Source: Octopus sinensis | Taxonomy: Eukaryota | Assembly (NCBI RefSeq): GCF_006345805.1 | Contig: NC_043005.1 | Span: 37,882,001 to 37,946,000, forward strand | Direction: 5' to 3' | Length of the DNA stretch: 64,000 nt | Shown here: one piece after another, positions 13,914-26,650 of the stretch | Position numbering within the stretch: the first letter of the stretch is position 1 | Layout of the letters: each line of letters starts with the position of its first letter | Position numbers and translations under genes: made by a program | Notes under the pieces: model-generated | Databases searched by the model: none | Told to the model about the DNA's origin: nothing | Seen by the model: only the letters and a program-made list of their open reading frames with translations

Positions 13914-13960
<47 letters not shown>

Positions 13961-13963
<3 letters not shown>

Positions 13964-14169
13964 TAGTTTTATTTTTATAGCGTGCTTTCACTTCACTACC
14001 GAGCGCAGCTCTGTGTGCCTTGGGTATGTGCTGTGATTTGTTGTGATGCTCTGATGGTTATTGTATGGAAAGTGTTCTGCGTAGGATGTGTGCAGTGCCT
14101 AGTAGTGCAATTTTCTGTATGTTATATGTGTTTGCAAGTCCTGATGTTTTTGTTATGTATTTGTCTGAA

Positions 14170-14170
<1 letters not shown>
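13961..14170 (-). mobile_element. Dong-like 3' end (same family as 41745-42110) in a (TAA)n tract
   Basis: Shares the CAGTAGTTTTATTTTTATAGCGTGCTTTCAC...TGGGTATGTGCTG...GTAGGATGTGTGCAGTGCCTAGTAGTGC block. Flanked by (ATT)n on both sides. Confidence 0.8.
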
Positions 14171-14200
<30 letters not shown>

Positions 14201-14347
14201 GTTCAAATTCTGCCTATGTTGACTTTGCCTTACATTTTGGGTTCTATTAAATAAGTACAGTTGAGCACTGGGGTTGATGTAATCAACTAGTCCCTTCTCC
14301 AAAGATTTCTGGTCATGTGCTTATATTAGAAAGGATTACTATTATTA

Positions 14348-14379
<32 letters not shown>

Positions 14380-14390
14380 TTATTATTATT

Positions 14391-14944
14391 GAGTGAGAGT
14401 GCAGTGCATGCCATCAAAGTGACATTGGGGTAAAATATACGAAGCACAGTATACCCATCATGAATGACTATCCATCTGATTAGGGTACACTAGGCACATG
14501 CATCACAACCATATGTGCACAACATGGTGATCTCATATCAAGATAAACAGTGCATGACCTTGCGGCTGGTCCCAGTTAGAATTTTCTTCTGGTCGAGTAG
14601 CCCATCCTGCTCAAAAGGTCCCTGAATAAGAATTAAGGCTGTTGAACGAACCACCTATGTTTCCAAAGGTGAATTATCCAAACCTCTAAGAATTCCTTTC
14701 AACACACCGCTATGATGCTCCCCCACTACTTCTGCTCATAGTCAGAGATGCTCATATCGTTAGCCACTAAGGGACATGGTCAACTGGTTAAGGTCAAACA
14801 ACTGACAAGCAAATCTGTGGTATTGAGCAGAATATTTGTTGTAGCCCATCTTTTATACCAAAGCAAAACAATGTACATGATAATACTTCCAATCAGTTAA
14901 GATCAGCAGCCATGAGAGCTACTTCCTGGTACTGCATCAGGGCA

Positions 14945-14945
<1 letters not shown>
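14391..14945. mobile_element. Unclassified ~555-bp non-coding element, copy 1, bounded by (ATT)n
   Basis: Runs GAGTGAGAGTGCAGTGCATGCCATCAAAGTGAC ... CCTGGTACTGCATCAGGGCATT and is collinear with copy 2. No ORF. Confidence 0.8.
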
Positions 14946-14979
<34 letters not shown>

Positions 14980-14989
14980 TATTATCATT

Positions 14990-15544
14990 GAGTGAGAGAG
15001 CAGTTCATGCCATCAAAGTGACACTGGGGTAAAATATACGAAGCCCAGTATACCCATCATGACTACTCGTCTGATAAAGGTACACCAGGCACATGCATCA
15101 CAACCATATGTGCGCGACATGGTGATCTCATATCAAGATAAACAGCACATGACCTTACAGGTGGGGCCCAGTTAGAATTTTCTTCAGGTTGAGTAGCCCA
15201 TCCCACTCAAACGGTCCCTGAATAAGGGTTGTTTAAGGATGTTGAAAGAACCACCCATGTTTCCAGAGGTAAACTATTCAAACCCCAAAGAATCCCTCTC
15301 AACACATGGCTATGATGCTCCCCCACTACTTCTGCTCGTGATCAGAGATGCACATATCGTCAGCCACTAAGGGACTTGCTCAACTGGTTAAGGTCAAACA
15401 ACTGACAAGCAAATCTGTGGTATTGAGCAGAATATTTGCTGTAGCCCATCTTTTATACCAAGACAAAACAATGTACATGATAACACTTCCAATCAGTTAA
15501 GATCAGAAGCCATGAGAGCCACTTCCTGGTACTGCATCAGGGCA

Positions 15545-15545
<1 letters not shown>
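14990..15545. mobile_element. Unclassified ~555-bp non-coding element, copy 2
   Basis: Same termini as copy 1 with many substitutions and small indels. Separated from copy 1 only by (ATT)n. Confidence 0.8.
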
Positions 15546-15580
<35 letters not shown>

Positions 15581-15599
15581 CATTATTATTATTATTACT

Positions 15600-16400
15600 A
15601 CCTTCAACTGTTGGAAAAGGAAAGAATCCTAACATTGGACTACAACAAATAGGCTTAGATGCCAAGAACCCTCTGAAGTATCCTAGATGTCCCTAATAAC
15701 ACTGTTTTCTGGAGCTGTACTAAACTGGGTTTTATGCCTATTTCCTCTATTTTATCTGTTCAGGTCTTTAGGGATTGTTTCCAATGCACCTATAACTACT
15801 GGGATACATTTTACCCACACTTTCCTTAGTCTCTGTTATTCAATAACTAGGTCCTGGTACTTTGCTATTTTTTCTATACCTCTCATATTAATTCTTTTAT
15901 CATTTGTGACTTTAAAGTCAATTATCTAGCACTTTTTATTCTCTTTATCTACTACTACCAAATACATGCACACACACTATTTACATACATCTCTCTCTCT
16001 ATATATATATGTATATATATATATATGCATCTATATACACAATGCGTGTATATACATACATATGTATATGTGTATGTATATATATATGTGTGTGTGTGTG
16101 TGTGTGCGTGTGTGTGTGTGTATGTGTATTTATGGATGTATATATGTTTATGTATAAGTATTTAATGGAGAGCAGGAATTAAATTGAGTCTGTACCATGC
16201 AGCTCACCTCCTAAATTTGAGTCCCAGAGGATTTTTGCTTTCCCCTTTTCATCCATTACATTTTTTAGTGTATGTCGGTACCAAGCATCCATTAGCTCAT
16301 ATCCATACTTCTGGCATAGTAGCCAGTGAAGGTTTTGGGCTACCTTGTGTCTGCGCTTGTACTCTTTCTGCACAAGACTTACAACATCATGTGATGGTTG
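15600..16400 (-). mobile_element. R4/Dong-clade non-LTR retrotransposon 3' fragment (RLE domain), interrupted by a ~260-bp insert
   Basis: Minus strand: SLVQKEYKRRHKVAQNLHWLLCQKYG...KAKILWD, then after the insert LVVVDKENKKC*IIDFKVTND...EKIAKYQDL...CIPVVIGALETIPK...LQKTVLLGTSRILQRVLGI*. It ends in a (TAA)n tract. Confidence 0.85.
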
Positions 16401-17194
16401 TGAATTTGTAAATGAGTCTTACTGTGATGAAAGTGGTGTCATTTTTTTCCAATCTCCTGTGAAAACATGTCTGGTCATGGGGAAAATATAGCCTTACGTG
16501 GAAATAGGTGATGGTTGGAGCAGGAAAAGCATCCAGTCTTAGAAAATCCACTTCTACAAACTCTGTCCCAAGTATGGAAAAGTGGATATCTACTGACGAT
16601 GATGATACCACTGCCACGGCTGCCTCTGACCATGGTGTTGGCAAAGGAACAGAGTAGAGACAATGTAGAAAGGAGTGGAGATTCTTGTCTTCCTGAGAAC
16701 GTGGGAACCTCTTCAGTGCTGGTGTCACAGTCACATGCAGTCAGTACACTTTGTAAAGTATTTGCTGCCAAGAAGAACATCCAAATATTTACAACGCTAT
16801 GAAAATGAAAGGTATGAGTGAGATGTGTTCCTTGATCCATCCAAGAGAGCTGCAATTTCAAAGTAGAATAAAGTTGAAAATTAACAACCCATCCTACCCA
16901 TACTGACATAGATAGAAAAATAAATGATGATGATGACAAGGGCAACAGTGATGTTGGTGGTGATTCATTGTCACCATTACCTTGGAGGTAGATGCTCCTG
17001 ACCCATACCCTATTATAGAGGCAGTGCATTTATGTAATTGATGCCATAACATGGAAATCTGTAAAACAACATATTTTACATTGATTTCCATGTACTTTGA
17101 CTTCTCTCATGTAACAAGATGTAGGTTTATCGAAAACAGGTTTGGCTTTACAGAATTATGTAAAGATTTTCAGGAATGTGATACAGGGTATGCT

Positions 17195-17272
<78 letters not shown>

Positions 17273-17480
17273 TACATACACACTCATACACACATGTGTA
17301 TATATATCTATCTATATATATGTGTGTGTGTGTTTGTATATATAAAAGCATACTCACATGAATAAACATATATATATATCTATTCACACAAACATATTTA
17401 TATATAAACTGACATACATACACACACATACATATATACATACATATATATACAGACAAACATATATGCTTATATATATG

Positions 17481-17513
<33 letters not shown>

Positions 17514-17616
17514 GTATATACACACACACACACATGTTTATGTACTCTTACTTATATAATGGCATATATATATAAATGAGATATATTTAGACACATACAT
17601 GCTCACACACACACAC

Positions 17617-17677
<61 letters not shown>

Positions 17678-18357
17678 TTTGTGTGTGGGCTTGCATATGT
17701 GGTCAATAAAGTATGACACTTTATTACCTCTTTTTGGAGATTTAACAACATCGTTGAATGGAATTTATTTCCACAGAGTTGCTTTAGTGATGAAAACAGT
17801 GACATTTCAATCAATTCTGGTGTGTGTGTGTGTGTATGTGCCTATGTGCATGACCGTGTACGTGTGCACTTGTGATTAAACCCGTCAGAGCTAATGCATA
17901 TGCATGTTAATGCATGCGTGCATGTCTTTGCGCATATGCACACAGGATTTGTTTCGTTATTTTTTTATATTATGAATAGGCTTAATGCGTGTACTTAGGT
18001 GATTTTGATTTGGTGTGTGTGTGTGTGTGTATGGTTTGTGTGTTGCTTTGCTCTGTTTGTGTATACTTAGGAAGGCATTTATGACGAAGGAAAAAAAGAG
18101 AGGAATGAAATTTAAACTCACCTTTCTTTTTCAGTTAGTATTTGGTAGTTTTTCTTCTTTTGTAGTTTGATATATTTAGATGCATCTGTGTATGTATGTG
18201 TGTGAGTGCATGTATGTATATGTGTGTATGTATATATATATATATACACACACATATACATACATTCATATATATATATACATACGCATGCATACACACA
18301 TACACACACATATATATATATATGCAATGTGTGTATATACATACATATGTATGTGTT

Positions 18358-18412
<55 letters not shown>

Positions 18413-18824
18413 TGTGTATGTGTATTTATGGATGTATAGATGTTTATGTATAAGTATTTAATGGAGAGCAGGAATTAAATTGAGTCTGTACCATGCAGCT
18501 CACCTCCTAAATTTGTACGTATAGATCTAAGTTCATTTCTGCACATAAATGTGTCCATGTGTGTATCTTAATGTGTTTACATAACTATGTTTAATGACAT
18601 CTTAAGTGTACAAGTGTAACCCTTAACAGGTTTGTATATAGATATATATTTCTCTTTAAAATCTGAAAATCTTACTACCAGCCTCTTGTAATTTCCATTT
18701 CCTCAGTCCTTGTTATCCTCACTAGATTCCTGATACCGACTGTGTTCTATCTTCCTGTCTTTTTATGCTCATGTCATGCACCTATGTATATATGCGTAAA
18801 TGCATACCTACATACATATGAATA

Positions 18825-18866
<42 letters not shown>

Positions 18867-19104
18867 GTATATATATGTATGTATATATATATACACATAT
18901 ATATGTATATATATATGTATGTATATATACATATATATATGTATGTATATATACATATATATATATATAGATGTATGTATACACATGCACACACATATGT
19001 ACATACATTTACATACGCATATATGTGCATATGTTTGCCTGTATCTGTACATTATGTGTGCCTGTGGATGTTGCGTGTGTAAGGGTGCATGTGTGTGTGT
19101 GTGC

Positions 19105-19157
<53 letters not shown>

Positions 19158-20475
19158 CATACATATACTCATTTCTGTAAAAATAAATGCAGCAAGGAGT
19201 AAGGCAAAGATGTCAGAGCAGCTTACGTTAAAGTAATATTTAGTTCCTTCGTTTTGCATTCACTCTTCAAGTCCCAGCAGTGTCAACTCATTCCTTTCAT
19301 CCTTGCCACATAAACAGAAGCAGAACAGCTGAACATAATCCAAAATTTAATATAGACCCTAATACAAAATAATACTGAAGTTTCAAAACATGCTCAGAAT
19401 GCTTTTATCATTTTGAAATACACAATATCTCAGATTCAATTATTATGTTTAGAATAAAGCTGCAAAGGTTTACAAATGGACCTTCAAAATCTATGGAGCT
19501 GAAAACATAGGAATGTATTTCTTAAGGTTTCATAAAATAGAAATAAAAATGAATCTGGGTCCAGTAATGGTTGTAATTAGATCTGTGTATCACAGAATGC
19601 CTTATGAGCAACTGTCACATTTCATATATGTGTGTATGTGTGGAAGGGTCTGTGTTTAAGAAGTTTGCACAAGAACCATGTAGTTAGACGTTCAGTCTTT
19701 ACTGTAGGAATGCTGTTCACACAGTTTTCTATTACTGTAACTTCAGAATAATTGATACTTTCTGAATGAGATTGGGAGACAGAAACTGAAGAAACAATCA
19801 TGAACTCACTCTCACCTTTCTTAACTAATTAAATAATGGCTTCCTAGTGCAAAAGACACACTTCTTATTGGTATTTTCTTATCATCTATGTATGTATGTA
19901 TGTATATATATATATGTAATTGAACCTTGGGAGAGGCATTATGCTGGTTATGCTGGTAATAATAAACACATGCACTGTTTCAGTCCTCTACTGTTATTGT
20001 TTGTTAATGGGTTAGTTATTTAGTTATTCCTCTGACAAATTTATCAATCAGACATTTTCTTTTACTAGTTGCTTTGTATGTATATATATATATATACACA
20101 TATATATACACATATATATACACATATATATACAGAGTAAGAGAGAGAGAGATTTGGTGATGTAATCAGAAAAATAGAACTCAGACAATAAGTATATATT
20201 AGTATATATTATTATTATTGTTATTAGTATTATTGAAAGGTGGCTGGCTGCCAAAATTGTTAGCATGCTAAACAAAATGCTTAGCATTATTTCACCTGTC
20301 ACTACGTTCTGAATTAAAAATTTGCGGAGGTCAGCTTTGCCTTTCCTCCTTATGGGGTCGATTAAGTACCAGTGAGATGCTTGAATCAGCGTAATTGACT
20401 AGTCCCCACCACTGCTTATTTTAGGCCTTGTACCTTTAGTAGGAAGGATTGTTATTATTATTATTATTATTATTA

Positions 20476-20521
<46 letters not shown>

Positions 20522-21492
20522 TTTTACGAATTCAAGTTCAGCCAAGTTTGAGTTTGCTTTCATCCTTTTGATGTCAATAAAATAAGTACTAATCAAGTAC
20601 AAGGGCCAATGTAAGCAACTAGTCTCTTCCCCTTAAATTTCAGGCCTTGTGCCTGTAGTTGAAAGGATTATTATCTTTATTATTATTATTATTAATCAGC
20701 AGAAATTCCACAATCTTTAGTAAATGTAACACACGCATGCACATACACACGACATACATAATCATGTATACATGTTTTTATGTATTTGTATTTTATTATC
20801 TCAAGTTTTGTCACTGGTTACAAGTTATAAAACGAACAAGACATACATGTTCTCAGGGATCAGAATTCTCTGTATTGCAGTTAATGTTCCCTATTGTTAG
20901 ATTATCTAAATCCATACAGAATAAAGTAATCTTTTCAGACACTTAACGGCATGCTAGCAAAATATTGAGCTCAAATCCTATGAAATTGACATCAATCTCA
21001 TTATCTGGTGAACCATTTTTCTTTAATACATATTCATAGTTACACAAACGTATTTATATTTGTGTGTATGCATGTGTGTGTGTATTTGTGTGTGTGTGAT
21101 TTTTACATGGAAAAATTTGGTAGTTTCTTCAAATTTTCAGCTATATAGCATTCATCAAACTGTAAATTACTTTACCTTGCCAAGTCATATATAGATATTT
21201 GTGGTTCATCTCATGGGAGGAGCAATGTAGCTGCTAAGTAGATGTGGTGTAATAGTGTTGTTTTGTGATGTAGAAGAAAAATGTCTTTATGGATGGCTTA
21301 AATAGCAGGACTGAAAAAATAGTTTGTAGGGAGAAAGAAATAGAATAAAGAGGGAAAGAAAGAAAGTAAGCATTTATAAGGTGAAAGTAAAAGAGGAAGG
21401 ATGGTAAAGACATTTATTTTCTGGTTTGTAAGCAAAAGCTATGTAGAAACTATTTGGGTGACTAAGGGATTATTGATTTTTAGTGTATGATT

Positions 21493-22089
21493 GTTCAGGC
21501 TCTTTCATGCATATATATAAATACAGGTGATGGAATTCAGGTACAAATATCCAGCTTTGAATGGGAAAATAAACTCTGTATCTGCAAGCTATGTTAACTC
21601 AATACTCCTGGAGTTTATGCACATCTTGGATGCCCCAAGATCGTTCAGGCTCTTTCATGCATATATATAAATACAGGTGGTGGAATTCAGGTACAAATAT
21701 CCAGCCTTGAATGGGAAAATAAACTCTGTATCTGCAAGCTCATGTTAACTCAATACTCCTGAAGTTTATGCACATCTTGGATGCCCCAAGATCGTTCAGG
21801 CTCTTTCATGCATATATATAAATACAGGTGGTGGAATTCAGGTACAAATATCCAGCTTTGAATGGGAAAATAAACTCTGTATCTGCAAGCTATATTAACT
21901 CAATATTCCTGAAGTTTATGCACATCTTGGATGCCCCAAGATTGTTCAGGCTCTTTCATGCATATATATAAATACAGGTGGTGGAATTCAGGTACAAATA
22001 TCCAGCTTTGAATGGGAAAATAAACTCTGTATCTGCAAGCTCATGTTAACTCACTACTCCTGAAGTTTATGCACATCTTGGATGCCCCA
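21493..22089. repeat. Four-copy 150/151-bp tandem repeat with dimeric higher-order structure
   Basis: Units start at 21493, 21643, 21794 and 21944 (GTTCAGGCTCTTTCATGC...GGATGCCCCA). Units 2 and 4 share the extra C (GCAAGCTCATG) and units 1 and 3 lack it. Confidence 0.95.
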
Positions 22090-22666
22090 TAATGATACTG
22101 TTATGACAGTTCATTGCATTTTATCTCCCAGCTTTGATTGGACCCTTGTAAAATCCAAGATATCTGATTTTCTGCCTTTCAGAATAGGTTTTACTTCCAG
22201 AACCATCTTTTCCATGCACACACTACTTATACCTTTAAACCTCTACTTCATTCCTAATCCACATCACAGCTCCAAGTCTCAGAAACAATATGCCAAATGG
22301 CCAGCTTATTCCCTTGGTTGACATTATAAGTTTATTGCAAAAAATCATAAGAACCTTCTTACCTTCACTCGTTAATCTTGAGATGCTCATCCTTCCACTC
22401 ATGTTATGAAACAACAAGTTTGACTTTACCAAACAGCACCAAGTTCATGCTGCAATGTTCACCCTCATCACCATTATTGTTATCAATATCATCATCATCA
22501 CCACCACTAGCACAGCCACTGATATTAATGTCTAAACTACCATCACAACCACCACCTTCATCATCATCATCTTCAGCAGTAGAAGCTGCAGAAACTGCCT
22601 ATTATCTCTCTTGGCATGGCATTCATTATTATTCCCACCAAATCAGAAAGACTTACCTCTACTTCT

Positions 22667-22726
<60 letters not shown>

Positions 22727-23227
22727 GACATACACATACTTTTACTTAGATTCTTGTTTACTTTCCTTTCTTTTTCTAACATTTTTATCCTTGTTCTCTC
22801 TCTCTATCTCTCTCTCTCTCTCTTCCTCTCACTCCCTCTCTCTCTCTCGCCACAACTCTCACATTTTTGTTGCTTCTCCCATTATGCTCATTTACCAAAA
22901 TCTCTCTCTCTCTCTCTCTAAACATATAGGACTTTTTTTTTTACTCACCCCACCAAAACCACCACATTTTATCTGTCTTTCTTCTCAGCTTAAATGGAAT
23001 CAGATCAATGCACACTTCATTTCTATGATTATATTATTAATTGTGATTAAAATGGTCATGTTAATGATAATAATAAGCTGATCTTAATAAGCTTGTCATC
23101 TATTTCCTGTAGACTTTTGCTCCAGACATTATAATCAACACTTCATTACATATAGGTATGTTAGAATATACATACACACACATACACATATACATATACA
23201 TATATATATATATATATACATACACAC

Positions 23228-23258
<31 letters not shown>

Positions 23259-23265
23259 TGCAAAC

Positions 23266-23319
<54 letters not shown>

Positions 23320-24147
23320 TAGATAGATAGATAGATAGATAAGTAGATAGTTAGATAGACAGATAAGTAGATAGATAAATAGATAGATGGACGGATGGCC
23401 AGATATATAATCACATATGTTTATATTCATGCATATTAAATTTAGATTGACTTCAGAAGAGATTTGACTTCAAAATAAGTTCAAGCAATGCTATGTTCTC
23501 ACTCATTAACACATTGTTGATTGGCTCTTCATGTTATTATCATTGATGCTTGGTCTCGATCAGCTGTGATTTAGCAGACCTATAATAATGGCTAGACACT
23601 TTGTGCAACCCGCATAATTAGCACACTAGAAATAGCTTGTATATTGACTACTCATTCATCATCATCATCATCGTCGTCGTCATTGTTGTCATTTTAATAT
23701 TCACTTTTCTATGCGTGCATAGACCATATGCAAATTGCTTTGGTAGATGCTTTTTTTTTCCTTCTTTTACTGCCAGATGCCCTTCCTGTGGCCAACCTTC
23801 ATCTGTTTCTAAGCCAAGTAATATTTTTCCATGGCTGGATATGTTTTCATGGAAGATTGGAACCCCCCCCCCACTTGTATGAGGGTAGTACTTGTTTACA
23901 ACACTTTGGTAATATCACAAGGTGACACAAACTCACTCACGCACACACTCACCCAGATATACACATATGTACATGGATTTGGTAGACAAACTGAAAGAAG
24001 TCTGTCATGTATCATCATCATCATCATTTAACGTCCGTTTTCCATGCTAGCATGGGTTGGATGTGTATATATATTTATGTATGTGTGTCTTTGAGCGTGG
24101 CTGCAGTCAAATGACTGAAACATGAAATAGTGTATATATATATGTAT

Positions 24148-24345
24148 ATATAATATTAATTAGAGACAAAACCACTATTATGCAAATCAAACAAAGAAAG
24201 ACTTAATCCAATACATAAAAAATTTTATATAAATTGGTGGATATCTTAATTATATTTAATTTATATAAAATTTTTTATGTATTGGATTAAGTCTTTCTTT
24301 GTTTGATTTGCATAATAGTGGTTTTGTCTCTAATTAATATTATAT
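24148..24345. repeat. Perfect 88-bp inverted repeat with a 22-nt loop
   Basis: 24148-24235 (ATATAATATTAATTAGAGACAAAACC...TTTTATATAAATT) is the exact reverse complement of 24258-24345. Loop is GGTGGATATCTTAATTATATTT. Confidence 0.95.
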
Positions 24346-24923
24346 TATATTTTACTATACAATTGGATTCAATCCTAAATCTGATTTTTCCCTGTAAATT
24401 TGGATTTATTCCCTAATATTTATTAATATATATGTATATATATATATTTACATACATGCCAGCACAGACAGCAGACATTGAATGATGAGATGTGTGTGTG
24501 TCTTGTTTGTTTACATTTGCACTTTTCCCCCAATCATTGAAGTCCATAGTGGTGGTGATGTTGTTGTTATTCTTCTATAAGCAAATTTTCTACTGGTTTT
24601 GCACCTTAGAAGATAAGTGAAAGAAGTGATCCTTTACCTGTAATATAGATCATCCAGCAGCTCTGAAGCGCTGCCTTGACAATGCAGTCATCTCACACAG
24701 GCTAGCATAGAAATCCCACACATGCTTGCACACACACACACACACACACATACACACACACACATACACACACACACATTTAATCATCACTAAATGTGAC
24801 AGAGTGCTGATGCACCTACATTGCTACAAAACAGTTAAAATCTTTTAATGCCGTAAGAAGTGCACAATATATATACACTGACAAGGGAGGTAACTGCCCC
24901 ATAACTGTCTTTAGAATTGCTTG

Positions 24924-24964
24924 ACTAGACTAGTTTCACTTATTTTGTTGGCATCATCAGTAGT
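24924..24964 (-). ncRNA. Near-intact minimal type I hammerhead ribozyme motif (PLE-type)
   Basis: Minus strand: ACUA CUGAUGA U GC caacaaaauaa GU GAA ACUAGU C UAGU. This gives a 4-bp stem I, canonical core, short stem II, GAA, palindromic stem III (ACUAGU) and a GUC cleavage triplet. Confidence 0.7.
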
Positions 24965-26099
24965 GACTGTGATGGTTTGACTAATTCCATCTGCCAATAT
25001 ACATATTTTTACCATAAGAATTTATGGCTGATTTAGCAAAATGCTAATGTATCTGCTAAAAATTAATATAAACAGCTAATTTTCCTTTATGGTATTACGT
25101 TGCACCTAGCTGTTCATAGTAATTGATATGTGTGTGTCTATCCATATCTGTATCTATATGTGTGTGTGTATCCATATCTGTATCTATCTATCTATCCATC
25201 TATCTATCTATACATACACACACACACACACACATAATGGGCTTCTTTCAGTTTTTCTCCAGCAAATTCATTTTTGGTTAGCTTGGTGCTGTAGTACAAG
25301 ACACTGGCTGGAAGTGCTAGGGAGTGCGACTGAATCAAAATCTTTATAGTTTAGGAGCAAATTTCTAAAACCTCACAGCCAACCCTCTACTTTTAAATAT
25401 ACAGAATTGAAATGTCTACACCCAGAAATTGGGAATGGTTTATGAATTTGGCTTCACAGAAGTTCGCCTCTAAACCAGGGATTTCAAATTTTTCTTTCCT
25501 TTGAATCTCTCATGCCCAACATTGTGAAGAGTATATTTTTAAATGATTGGGTTCTATGAAAAATTTTATAATTTCTTAATAATTATTATATTTTTTATTA
25601 ATTATAATCATAATAATGAGCTTACTGTATAATTGTTGATGCTTATATAATTTTTGCAGTTATTGTGTGTATATCTAAGAGGGCTCAGATTTCCTTTAGA
25701 GGTTGATTGTCAGCTGCTATAACAGCTCCAATCCTTGCATCTGCTTTAATGAGTTCATCTACTTCAGTTACAACTGGTGTTTTGTTTTTATTAATTTGGT
25801 TTTATTATTATTTGAATTACAGTACTTTTGTAGTTTTATAATTTATATTTTGAGTGCTGTTATATCAGGAATTTGTGCTGTTTATGAGTATGATATAAAA
25901 AAGATTATCGTGTAATCCATCTTAAGTCAGTTGAGGTTGATACAACACATTGGTAAATGTTAAAAGAGGACAGAGAGCAGAAATATAAGACATATAAAGA
26001 AAGACGGTGATTAAAGTTAGAAGTACATATACAATACATGGAATTAAACATGAAAAGACAGAAAAGTGAACAGTAAAAGAACCTTGAAGAGGAAAGGCT

Positions 26100-26650
26100 A
26101 CCTATGCATTTCAGAAGCAGTCTTGGTGACGGAATTTCAAGAAGCATAGAATTTTATGAACGAAGTAGTGTTCTGACAGCTAGCAACTGACATAGGTCAT
26201 TTATTCCATGCTTCAACAATACTGAGTGTGAAAGAATGTTTTTGAAAGTCATGGGTGCTGTACTGTTTTGTTTCTTTTTTTTTTATTTTATAAGCATGTC
26301 CATAAGTGGTAGAAGTAATGCATTCAAAAAGGTGGCTAAAGTCCTTGGAAAGGCAGCTGGTTTTTATGGGTTTTTACCAAATCAGTAACTAGACATCAAA
26401 GCTTTAGTATGTTAATACCCAGAGCAGCAATGCATTCAAGATATGGTAAGTGACTAACAGCCAGTATCTGTCTGGGTGTACATCTCTGAACAGCTTCCAA
26501 CGGATTGACATTCTGGACAAGACAGGTATCTCAGACAGGAGATACAAATTATATGTGTGAATGTACCATAGCCATATATAGCTTTAAAAAGAGAGCTGGT
26601 AAGCAGCTGACAAATAGCATGTGAGGAAATCTTGACTTCCAAACGTCTTT
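26100..26650 (-). mobile_element. Older CR1-clade LINE 3' fragment (same family)
   Basis: LEAVQRCTPRQILAVSHLPYLECIAALGINILKL*CL...HDFQKHSFTLSIVEAWNK*PMSVASCQ. Confidence 0.68.

Noticed and set aside
16475-17029. 184-aa minus-strand ORF
   Set aside because: It runs through a (CAT)n tract and an RTE-tail repeat, and has no domain or splice support.
19215-19335. Minus-strand segment bounded by AG and GTAAGC
   Set aside because: All three frames contain stops, so it cannot be supported as an exon.
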